This document shows positions 29,346-37,560 of a DNA stretch of 64,000 nucleotides, in pieces. Each line of letters starts with the position of its first letter. The stretch's first letter is position 1. This DNA comes from an uncultured Pseudomonadota bacterium (GTDB taxonomy: Bacteria; Pseudomonadota; Alphaproteobacteria; JACZXZ01): NCBI GenBank assembly GCA_963749075.1, contig CAVVLJ010000017.1, positions 1 to 64,000 on the forward strand, given 5' to 3'. The notes under the pieces were generated by a model that worked only from the letters and a program-made list of their open reading frames with translations, did no database searches and was not told the origin of the DNA. Position numbers and translations under genes: made by a program.

Positions 29346-32300
29346 ATGACACAGCCGCTGCGAATCTTCATCTCATCGCCCGGCGACGTCGAGGAGGAGC
29401 GCCGGCGCGCCGCGATCGTCGTCAACCGGCTCAGCCGCGAGTTCGCGCGCTTCTTCGACATCAAGCCGATCCTCTGGGAATACGAGCCCATGCTGGCCTC
29501 CGGCCATTTCCAGGACATCATCGAGGCGCCGTCGAAATCGGACATCCAGGTGGTGATCCTGTGGTCGCGCCTCGGCACCCCCTTGCCCGAGGCGCGCTAC
29601 CGCGGCATCGACGGCCGCGCACCCGTCACCGGCACGGAATGGGAGTTCGAGGACGCGCTCCGCGCCAACCGCGAGCGCGGCACGCCGGACCTCCTCGTCT
29701 ACCGCAAGAAGGGCAAGGGCATCGCCGAGTTCGACAGCACCGCGGAGCTCGAGGCGGCGGCGGCGCAGCGCAAGGCGCTCGAGACCTTCTGGGACCGCTA
29801 TTTCGGCAGTGCGGCGAGCGGCTTCAAGGCGGCCTTCAACCTCTTCTCCACGCGCGACGAGTTCGAGGAGATGCTGGAGGGCCACTTGCGGGCGCTCATC
29901 CGCGAGCGCCTGCCGCGCCTCGCCGAGAGCAAGGAGGCCGAGAGCGGGATCGCCTGGCACCAGGGCTCGCCCTACCGCGGCCTGCAATATTTCGACCTGG
30001 AGCACGCCCCCATCTTCTTCGGCCGCTCGCGCGCCGAGAAGCAGGTGACCGAGGCGCTCGCGCGCCGCGCCGCGGACGGCTCGGCCTTCGTCCTCGTGCT
30101 CGGCATGAGCGGCTGCGGCAAATCATCGCTCGTGCGCGCGGGCGTGCTGCCCGAACTCATGACGCCGGGCGTCGTGAGCGGCGTCGGCATGTGGCGGCAC
30201 GCCGTGTTCCGCCCGAGCGACGGCGCCGGCGACCTCGTGGCCGGGCTGGTGCGCGTCCTCGCGCATTCGCCCCAGGCGCTGCCCGAGCTCCTGGAGGGCG
30301 GCCTCGAGGTCGAGCAGGTGGCAAAGCTCCTGCGCGAGCTCCCGGCCCAGGCGGCGGTGACCGTCGTCCCGGCCTTGCGCCGTGCCGCCGAGCGCGCCAA
30401 GGCGATGGGCGAGGGGCGGCTCATCCTGGTGGTCGACCAGATGGAGGAGCTCTTCTCGCTCGCCGCCATCGACAAGGCGGAGCGCGAGCGCTTCGTCGAG
30501 CTCCTGGCGGCACTCGCCGAGAGCGGCGCCGTGTGGGTGATCGGCGCCATGCGCAGCGACTTCTACCACCGCGCTGCGGAGCTGCCGACCCTCGTGCGCC
30601 TGGCGGCGGCGCGCGGCAACTTCCTCCTGACCGAGCCCAACGCGGCGGAGATCGAGGAGATGATCCGCCAGCCGGCGGCGGCGGCTGGGCTCGCCTTCGA
30701 GGAGGATGCCGAGAGCGGCGAGCGGCTCGAGCGCGTGCTCCAGGAGGAGGCGGCGCGCCAGCCGGGCGCCTTGCCGCTCCTCGAGTTCGCCCTCGATCAG
30801 CTCTATCGCAAGGACGTGGAGGAGAAGGGCGGCACCACCCTCACCTTCGCGAGCTACCAGGAGCTCGGCCGCCTCACGGGTGCCGTGGCACGCCACGCGG
30901 ACGAGGTCTGCGCGGGGCTCTCGCCCGAGGCCCAGGCGGCACTTCCCGGCGTGCTGCGGGCGCTCGTGACCATGGGCTCGGGCGACGACCGGGCGACGGC
31001 GCGCGCCGTCCTGCGCGACGAGATCGCCACCAGCCCCGTGCGCACGGCCGTGCTCGACCGCCTGATCGAGGAGCGCCTGCTGGTGAGCAGCGAGGAGCAC
31101 GGCCAGGGCCTGGTGCGTCTCGCCCACGACATGCTGATCGCGAGCTGGCCGCGGCTCAAGGACCTCGTGGGGGAGGACCGCGACTTCCTGCGCACGCGCG
31201 AGCGCGTCGAGCAGGCGGTGGCGGAATGGGAGCGCCGCGGCCGCGCCGACGACTTCCTCCTGCCGGCGGGCCGCTCGCTCGCCGAGGCCGAGGACATGCT
31301 GGCGCGCCGGAGCGATGAGCTCGAGAGCCGCGACCGCCTCTTCATCGAGGCCTCGGTCAAGCGCGAGCGAAGCAACCGCGAGCGCCGCTTGCGGCGCACG
31401 CGCGCGATTGCCGCCGTCATGGGCCTCCTCGCCCTCGTCGCCGGCGGCTTCGGCTGGTACGCCTACGACCGCCGCCTCGCCGCCGAGCGCAATTACGAGG
31501 TGGCGGTGCGCGCGGCCCAGACGCTGGTGAGCGACGTGGCCGACCGCTTGCGCAATCTCGGCCTGCCCGCGGCCAGCGTGCGCGACATCCTCACCAGCGC
31601 CGAATCGCTCTACAACGACCTCACCCGCGGCGGCGTGGCGCGGACCGAGCTGCGCGGCCGCCAGGGGGAGACCCTGATGTCGCTCGCCGACGCGTTCGCC
31701 TCCTTGGGCGATACCGGCGCCGAGCGCCAGCGCGCCGAGGCGGCGCGGGCGATCTTCCAGGAGCTCATCGCCGAGCAGCCGGACAACACCGGCTGGCAGC
31801 GCGATCTCTCCGTGAGCCAGAACAAGCTGGGCGACGCGCTGCGCTCGCAGGGCGATCTGGCGGGCGCCCTCAAGGCCTACCGCGCGGGCCTCGAGACCAT
31901 GGAGAAGCTGGCGGCGCGAAACCCGGCGAACACGCTCTGGCAGGCCGATCTCTCGGTCAGCTACGAGCGCATCGGCGACATGCTGATGTCGGCGGGCGAG
32001 GCAGCCCAGGCCCTCGAGAGCTACCGCAAGAGCCTGGAGATCCACAAGAAGCTGACCGAGCGCAATCCCGCGGCGCAAGATCGGCAGAGGGCGCTTTCCG
32101 TGGGCTACAACAAGGTCGGCGACGCGCTGCGCGCCGAGGCCGACGCGAATGGCGCGCTCGCCAGCTACCGTGCCGGCCTTGCCATCATGGCGAAGCTCGC
32201 GGGGCAAGACCAGGCCAACACCATGTGGCAGCGCGACCTCGCCATCAGCCACGAGCGCATCGGCGACGTGCTGCGCGACCAGGGTGCCGCGGCCGAGGCG

Positions 32301-33611
32301 CTCGCGAGCTATCGCAAGAGCCTCGATATCCACGAGGAGCTCGCGAGCCGCGATCCCTCCAACACGCTCTGGCAGCGCGACATCTCCGTGAGCAACGAGC
32401 GCCTGGGCGACATGCTCGTCGTCCAGGGCGACTATGCGGGCGCGCTCAAGAGCTACCGCAAGGCGCTCGAGACGCGCGAGCGGCTGGCGGCGCGCGACCC
32501 CTCCAACACCGACTGGCAGCGCGACCTTTCCGTGAGCGACAACAAGGTGGGGGACGCGCTGCGCGCCTCGGGCGACCAGACGGCGGCACTCGCGGCCTAC
32601 CGCGCGGCCCTCGCGATCATCGAGAAGCTGGCGGCGCGCGACGCCTCCAACACGATCTGGCAGCGCGATCTCTCCATCAGCCACGAGCGCATCGGCGACG
32701 TCTTCTTGGCGCAGGGGAACAAGGATGGCGCGCTCAAGAGCTACCGCACGTGCCTCGCGCTGCGAGAGAAGCTGGCGGCGCGCGACCCCGCCAACGTGGG
32801 ATGGCAGTACGACGTGTCCATCAGCGAGCAGAAGATCGGCGACGTTCTGCGCGCGCAAGGCGACCAGAAGGGGGCGCTTGCCAGCTACCGCACCCAGCTC
32901 GCCATCGTGGAGAAGCTGGCCGAGCGCGATCCCTCCAACGTCGGATGGCAGCGCGACGTCTCCGTGGGCGACAACCGGGTGGGCGACGTGCTGCGCTCGA
33001 CCGGCGACAACAAGGACGCCCTCGCCGTCTACCGCGCCGGCTACGACGTCATGACGAAGCTGCTCGCGCGCGATCCCGCGAACGCGCTCTGGCAGCACGA
33101 TCTTTGCGTGAGCCACGAGCGCATCGGCGACACGCTCGTGAGCACGGGCGACGCGGCGGGAGCGCTCGCCCACTATCGCCCGGAGGAGGAGGCGCTCGAG
33201 AAGCTCACGGCGCGCGACAGCGCCAACCTCACGATGCAGCGCGAGCTCGCCCTCGTCCACAACAGGATCGGAGACGCGCTCGATGCGACCGGCGACCGCG
33301 CGGGAGCACTCGCGAGCTATCGCGCCGGCGAGGAGGTGGCCGACAAGCTCGCGGCGCACGATGCGGCCAACACGCTGTGGCAGCACGACCGCGCCGTGAG
33401 CCGCGCCAAGATCGGCAACGAGCTCGCCGCCGCGAACGACCCGCAAGGGGCGCTCGCGAGCTTCCGCGCCAGCCTCGAGATCGTCGAGACCCTGGCCGCC
33501 AAGGACCCCGCCAACCGCGGCTGGCAGAACGACATCGCTTACTTGCGCGGACGGGTGGCGACGATGGAGAAGGCGGTCCCCGCCGGCCAGGCGCCCGGCC
33601 AGACGCAATGA
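29346..33611 (+). CDS. NLR-like protein: TIR-like/DUF4062-type Rossmann domain + nSTAND1 NTPase + TM + TPR array
   Basis: RIFISSPGDV.EER...VILWSRLGT...TGTEWEF; SPYRGL..F, FFGR, Walker A GMSGCGKSS, Walker B ILVVDQMEELF, MRSDF, LPLLEFAL, LAHD.L..SWPRL; TM AIAAVMGLLALVAGGFGWYAY; TPRs. Confidence 0.85.
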   Translation: MTQPLRIFISSPGDVEEERRRAAIVVNRLSREFARFFDIKPILWEYEPMLASGHFQDIIEAPSKSDIQVVILWSRLGTPLPEARYRGIDGRAPVTGTEWEFEDALRANRERGTPDLLVYRKKGKGIAEFDSTAELEAAAAQRKALETFWDRYFGSAASGFKAAFNLFSTRDEFEEMLEGHLRALIRERLPRLAESKEAESGIAWHQGSPYRGLQYFDLEHAPIFFGRSRAEKQVTEALARRAADGSAFVLVLGMSGCGKSSLVRAGVLPELMTPGVVSGVGMWRHAVFRPSDGAGDLVAGLVRVLAHSPQALPELLEGGLEVEQVAKLLRELPAQAAVTVVPALRRAAERAKAMGEGRLILVVDQMEELFSLAAIDKAERERFVELLAALAESGAVWVIGAMRSDFYHRAAELPTLVRLAAARGNFLLTEPNAAEIEEMIRQPAAAAGLAFEEDAESGERLERVLQEEAARQPGALPLLEFALDQLYRKDVEEKGGTTLTFASYQELGRLTGAVARHADEVCAGLSPEAQAALPGVLRALVTMGSGDDRATARAVLRDEIATSPVRTAVLDRLIEERLLVSSEEHGQGLVRLAHDMLIASWPRLKDLVGEDRDFLRTRERVEQAVAEWERRGRADDFLLPAGRSLAEAEDMLARRSDELESRDRLFIEASVKRERSNRERRLRRTRAIAAVMGLLALVAGGFGWYAYDRRLAAERNYEVAVRAAQTLVSDVADRLRNLGLPAASVRDILTSAESLYNDLTRGGVARTELRGRQGETLMSLADAFASLGDTGAERQRAEAARAIFQELIAEQPDNTGWQRDLSVSQNKLGDALRSQGDLAGALKAYRAGLETMEKLAARNPANTLWQADLSVSYERIGDMLMSAGEAAQALESYRKSLEIHKKLTERNPAAQDRQRALSVGYNKVGDALRAEADANGALASYRAGLAIMAKLAGQDQANTMWQRDLAISHERIGDVLRDQGAAAEALASYRKSLDIHEELASRDPSNTLWQRDISVSNERLGDMLVVQGDYAGALKSYRKALETRERLAARDPSNTDWQRDLSVSDNKVGDALRASGDQTAALAAYRAALAIIEKLAARDASNTIWQRDLSISHERIGDVFLAQGNKDGALKSYRTCLALREKLAARDPANVGWQYDVSISEQKIGDVLRAQGDQKGALASYRTQLAIVEKLAERDPSNVGWQRDVSVGDNRVGDVLRSTGDNKDALAVYRAGYDVMTKLLARDPANALWQHDLCVSHERIGDTLVSTGDAAGALAHYRPEEEALEKLTARDSANLTMQRELALVHNRIGDALDATGDRAGALASYRAGEEVADKLAAHDAANTLWQHDRAVSRAKIGNELAAANDPQGALASFRASLEIVETLAAKDPANRGWQNDIAYLRGRVATMEKAVPAGQAPGQTQ
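31785..33512 (+). repeat. 12 tandem 144-bp (48-aa) TPR-coding repeats
   Basis: Consensus N..WQRDLS.S.(NK/ER).GD.L...GD..GAL.SYR..L...EKLA.RDP.; unit 1 starts at 31785 and a partial 13th at 33513, exactly 12x144 bp later. Confidence 0.9.
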
Positions 33612-33617
33612 GCGGGG

Positions 33618-34373
33618 CTATGGCGCCGCGAGCTCGCGCTTGAGGAAGGCGATCGCGGTGTGCCGCGCCTCGATGCCCGCGGGATTCGCCGGATCGAAGT
33701 CGAATGCATGCGCGGCGCCCGCATAGATGAGCAGCTTCGCCTGCCCGCCGAGCGCGCGGGCGGTTGCAACCAGCTCCTCACCATAGGCGAACGGAACGAT
33801 GCGGTCGGCGGCGCCGTGGATCGCCAGGAGCGGCGGGAGACGCGCAATCTTGCCCGCGAGCGCTGCCGGAATGCCGCCGTAGAACACCGCGAGTGCTGCA
33901 ATTCGCGGATCGCGCGCGGCGCTCGCGACGGCGAGGAAGCCGCCATTCGAGAAGCCGGCGAGGCCGACGCGGCCGGACGAGTCTTTGCGCCCAAGGGCAT
34001 AGCCGGCAATGTCGCCGACGAGCCTCGTCCAGGCATCGAGCCGCGCCGCGAAGCGTGCGATCCGGGTCTCGCGGTCAGCGGAGCCCATCGCCGCGGCGTC
34101 GGCGGCGCTGTAATAGGAGAAGAGATAGGCGTCCATGCCCGCCTCGGCGACCGCCGTGGCGAAGCGCACATAGGGCTCGGGGTAGCCCGCGATGCCGCCA
34201 GCGCCGTGAAGGATGGGCACCGCCGGCCGCAGCCCCGCCTCCGGTGCGGCGTAGAGTTGCACGGGAACCGCCCGCTCCTCCCCCCGCACCATGAGATCGC
34301 GGGGCTCGATGTCGGCCGCCGCGGCCGGGAGCGCCAGGAGGCTGAGCAGCGGGAGGACGAGGACAATTCGCAT
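33618..34373 (-). CDS. Secreted dienelactone hydrolase-family alpha/beta hydrolase
   Basis: Signal peptide; LHGAGG, GFSNGG nucleophile elbow, IHGAADRIVP, YAGAAHAF. Confidence 0.8.
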   Translation of the reverse strand: MRIVLVLPLLSLLALPAAAADIEPRDLMVRGEERAVPVQLYAAPEAGLRPAVPILHGAGGIAGYPEPYVRFATAVAEAGMDAYLFSYYSAADAAAMGSADRETRIARFAARLDAWTRLVGDIAGYALGRKDSSGRVGLAGFSNGGFLAVASAARDPRIAALAVFYGGIPAALAGKIARLPPLLAIHGAADRIVPFAYGEELVATARALGGQAKLLIYAGAAHAFDFDPANPAGIEARHTAIAFLKRELAAP

Positions 34374-34506
34374 GAGAGCCCTGAGCCGAGCCTGCGGTTA
34401 CGCCATAGGCTATAGGTTGCCGTTCTCTTGTCGTCCATCGTGATTGGGGCGCCGCGGGTCCTTCCCGACGGCCAATAAGGCTTCGTTTTCCCCTGAGAGT
34501 CCCCGC

Positions 34507-34561
34507 TTGACTCGCCCGTGTTCGTCCTCTAGAACAAAAAAAGAACGAACAAATAGAGAAC
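34507..34561 (+). promoter_or_regulatory. SOS promoter with two tandem alphaproteobacterial LexA boxes
   Basis: TTGACT-17-TAGAAC; GAAC-N7-GAAC at 34532-34546 and 34547-34561 upstream of imuA. Confidence 0.85.
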
Positions 34562-34586
34562 ATCCACTGGAAACCCGGAGAGTGCC

Positions 34587-35363
34587 ATGAGCTATCGCCA
34601 CGATCTCGTCTCGCTCGAGGCGCTGAGGTGCCGCATCCTGGCGCTCGAGGGGACCTGGCAAGGGGCCGGGGAGGGCCGCGCGGCCTTGCCTGCGGCAGCG
34701 CTCGGCTTGGCGCCGCTCGACCGTGCGCTGCCCTGGGGCGGCCTGCCCATCGCCTGCCTCCACGAGGTCGCGGCCGGCGCCTTGGCCGATGGTGCCGCGG
34801 CCGGCTTCGCCGCCCATCTCCTCGCCCGCCTCGGTGCTGCGGAAGGTGACAGGCCGCGGCCCGTGCTGTGGTGCGCCGCGGGCGACGGGCTCTATGGGCC
34901 CGGCCTTGCCGGCTACGGCCTCGACACGCGCCGGCTCATCCTGGTGCGCGCACGCCGCCAGGCCGATCTTCTGTGGGCCATCGAGGAGGGCCTGCGCTCG
35001 GGTGCCGCCGCCGCCGTGCTCGGCGAGGTCGAGGAGGCGGATCTCACCGCCACGCGCCGCCTCCAGCTCGCCGCCGAGGCTGGCCGCGCCACGGCCCTTC
35101 TGCTGCGGCCGGCGCACAACAAGCCCGCCCCCTCGGCCGCCGTCACCGCCTGGCGCGTCGGCGCAGCCCCCGCGGGAGCGGCCTCCTGGGGCAGCGGGGT
35201 CGGCAGCATACGCTGGCGCGTCGAGCTCTTGCGCTGCCGCGGAGGATTGCCGCGTCAATGGCTAGTGGAGTGGAACAATGAGGCGAATCGTCTCGCTGTG
35301 GCTGCCGAGCTTCGCAACCGATCGATTGACGCGCCAACCGGCCTTCGCCGCCTGGCGGGCTAG
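34587..35363 (+). CDS. imuA: ImuA (RecA/SulA-like mutasome accessory)
   Basis: LD.ALP.GGL...LHE, LYGPGL...GLD..RL, LWAIEEGLRS, ATRRLQLAAE, W.VELLRCRGG. Confidence 0.9.
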   Translation: MSYRHDLVSLEALRCRILALEGTWQGAGEGRAALPAAALGLAPLDRALPWGGLPIACLHEVAAGALADGAAAGFAAHLLARLGAAEGDRPRPVLWCAAGDGLYGPGLAGYGLDTRRLILVRARRQADLLWAIEEGLRSGAAAAVLGEVEEADLTATRRLQLAAEAGRATALLLRPAHNKPAPSAAVTAWRVGAAPAGAASWGSGVGSIRWRVELLRCRGGLPRQWLVEWNNEANRLAVAAELRNRSIDAPTGLRRLAG

Positions 35364-36849
35364 GCCCTTCGCCACCGCCGCCAAGGCGGGCGGGCGGCTC
35401 ATCATCATGGCCGCCAACGCGTCGGCCGAGGCCGCCGGCATCGTCCCCGGCCAGGCGCTGGCGGATGCCCGCGCGCTCGAGCCGGGATTGCGCACGGCCG
35501 ACGCCGACCCCTCTGCCGAGGCGGCCGGGCTCGCGGCACTCGCCGACTGGTGCACGCGCTATACCCCCTGGGCGGCGGCGGGCGAGCACGACGGCGGCGG
35601 TGCCGGCGGCATCTTCCTCGACATCACCGGCTGCGCCCATCTTTTCGGCGGCGAGGCGGCGATTCTGGCCGATCTCGCGGGCCGCCTCGCGGCACTCGGC
35701 ATCGCCGCGCGCGCGGCCGCCGCCTCGAGTGCCGGTGCCGCCTGGGCCGCCGCCCGCTTCGCACCCGCGGCCCGGCTCCTCATCCCCGCGGGCGGCGAGC
35801 GCCTGGCGCTCGCGGACCTCCCGGTCGCCGCCTTGCGGCTGCCGGCCGAGACGGCGGGCGGCCTCATGCGCCTTGGCCTCTGCCGCATCGGCGACCTCTA
35901 TGCGCTGCCGCGCGGCCCCTTGGCGCGCCGCTTCGGCACCCTCGTCGGCCGCCGCCTCGACCAGGCGCTCGGCCGCCTCGACGAGCCGATCTCGCCGCGC
36001 CGGCCGGTCGAGCCCTGGCGCCTGCAGCTCGCCTTTGCCGAGCCCATCCTCCGCCGCGAGGACATCGCCGCCGGCACCGAGCAGCTCACGGCAGTGCTTT
36101 GCCGCCGTTTGGCCGAGGAGATGAAGGGCGCGCGCCGGCTCGCCCTCGCCCTCTACCGCACCGACGGCAGCTGCCAGTACCTCGAGATCGGCACCAGCCG
36201 CCCGGTGCGCGAGACGCGGCACCTCATGCGCCTCTTCGCCGAGAAGCTCGACGCCCTCGACGGCACCCTCGACCCTGGCCTCGACCCTGGCCTCGGCCTC
36301 GGCCTCGACCTCATGGCGCTCTCAGCCCCCGTGGTCGAGCCCCTCGCGGCAAGCCAGATCGAGATCCTGCCGGCCGCCGACGCCGCCGCAACGCCCGACC
36401 TGGCCGCCCTCGTCGACCGCCTGGAGAACCGGCTCGGCACAGGCGAGGTGCGCCGCCTCGCCCCCGCCGCGAGCCATCTCCCCGAGCGCGCCCAGCGGCC
36501 GGCGCCGGCGCTCGCCGCGGCCGGCGAGGCGGGGAGCGGCTGGCGCAAGTGCCGGCCGCGGCCGCTGCGGCTCTTCACCCGCCCCCAGCCGGTCGATGCG
36601 GTGGCCCCCGTGCCCGACGACCCGCCCCTCCTCTTCCGCTGGCGCCAGGAGCTCCACCGCATCCGCCGCGCCGACGGCCCCGAGCGCATCGCCGGCGAAT
36701 GGTGGCGCGACGACCGCCCCTCTGAGGCCGAGGTGCGCGACTATTACCGCGTCGAGGACGAGAGGGGGCGGCGCTTCTGGCTCTACCGCGAGGGCCTCTA
36801 TAGCCCCGCGCGCGCGCCGCGCTGGTTCCTCCACGGCCTCTTCGCGTGA
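35278..36849 (+). CDS. imuB: ImuB (inactive Y-family polymerase)
   Basis: RRIVSLWLP..ATDRL, RYTPW, LDITGCAHLFGGE, LPVAALRL, LVDRL.NRLG, HLPERA, RPLRLF, GPERI..EWW, RDYYRVED..GRRFWLYR. Confidence 0.92.
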   Translation: MRRIVSLWLPSFATDRLTRQPAFAAWRARPFATAAKAGGRLIIMAANASAEAAGIVPGQALADARALEPGLRTADADPSAEAAGLAALADWCTRYTPWAAAGEHDGGGAGGIFLDITGCAHLFGGEAAILADLAGRLAALGIAARAAAASSAGAAWAAARFAPAARLLIPAGGERLALADLPVAALRLPAETAGGLMRLGLCRIGDLYALPRGPLARRFGTLVGRRLDQALGRLDEPISPRRPVEPWRLQLAFAEPILRREDIAAGTEQLTAVLCRRLAEEMKGARRLALALYRTDGSCQYLEIGTSRPVRETRHLMRLFAEKLDALDGTLDPGLDPGLGLGLDLMALSAPVVEPLAASQIEILPAADAAATPDLAALVDRLENRLGTGEVRRLAPAASHLPERAQRPAPALAAAGEAGSGWRKCRPRPLRLFTRPQPVDAVAPVPDDPPLLFRWRQELHRIRRADGPERIAGEWWRDDRPSEAEVRDYYRVEDERGRRFWLYREGLYSPARAPRWFLHGLFA

Positions 36850-36850
36850 C

Positions 36851-36898
36851 TTGCGATGCTGGCAAAATGCATGCATAATTGACAGCATTCTGCCAGCA
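36851..36898 (+). promoter_or_regulatory. Internal promoter and operator for vapBC-2
   Basis: TTGCGA (36851-56)-17-CATAAT (36874-79) overlapped by a 13/14 IR TGCTGGCAAAATGC / GCATTCTGCCAGCA; AAGGAG RBS follows. Confidence 0.65.
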
Positions 36899-36910
36899 AA
36901 GGAGAGGGGC

Positions 36911-37144
36911 ATGGCCACCGTCACGATCCGCGATCTGGACGAGAAGGTCGTCAAGCGGCTCAAGGCGCGCGCCGCGGCCAACAAGCGCTCGCTCGAGGCC
37001 GAGCTGCGCGACGTGCTCACCGCGGTCGCGAACGATGGCCGTACCTTCGATCTGAGGGCTTACGCGGACCGCATCGCGGCGATGACTCCCAAGCGGCCCC
37101 AGAGCGATAGCGTCTCGCTGCTGCGCGAGGATCGGCGGCGATGA
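36911..37144 (+). CDS. FitA/Arc-like RHH antitoxin (VapB)
   Basis: MATVTIRDLDEKVVKRLKARAAANKRSLEAELRDVL...SDSV.LLREDR. Confidence 0.9.
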   Translation: MATVTIRDLDEKVVKRLKARAAANKRSLEAELRDVLTAVANDGRTFDLRAYADRIAAMTPKRPQSDSVSLLREDRRR

Positions 37145-37560
37145 TTTTCGTCGTGGATGCCAGCGTTGCCATCAAATGGTTCGTGGAAGAGGCCGGGCGC
37201 GAAGCGGCGCGCCGGCTGCTCGATAAGCCCGAAACCTTGCATGCACCGGATTTCCTCGTTCCCGAGTGCACCAACATCGCCTGGAAAAAGGCCTCGCGCC
37301 GCGAGATCGGCCGCGGCCAGGCCGTCGCGATCGCCCAGGCGATCCGACACGGCGTGCCGGTGCTCTACCCTTCCGTCTTGTTCCACGAGCGCGCGCTCGA
37401 ACTGGCCTTCGCTCTCGATCATTCCGTCTATGACTGCCTTTATCTCGCGTGCGCCGAGATACTCGGCGGCATTCTCGTCAGCGCCGACATGGCATTTCTC
37501 GAGGTGGCGCGGAAGGCCGGCTTCGCCGCGCAGCTGCAACCTCTCCCGGCCGGCCCATGA
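37141..37560 (+). CDS. vapC: VapC PIN-domain toxin
   Basis: VVDASVAIKWF, APD...E..N..WKK, HSVYDCLYLA.A, LVSAD. Confidence 0.9.
   Translation: MIFVVDASVAIKWFVEEAGREAARRLLDKPETLHAPDFLVPECTNIAWKKASRREIGRGQAVAIAQAIRHGVPVLYPSVLFHERALELAFALDHSVYDCLYLACAEILGGILVSADMAFLEVARKAGFAAQLQPLPAGP

Noticed and set aside
31785-33512. Regularly spaced repeats as a CRISPR array or DGR template
   Set aside because: Degenerate 144-bp in-frame coding units; no cas or reverse transcriptase gene in the window.
30123-33608. 1161-aa minus-strand ORF (also 1690-4131, 12685-15327, 38049-39899, 39257-42037 and similar)
   Set aside because: Antisense or off-frame shadows of well-supported genes in high-GC DNA; no recognisable motifs.
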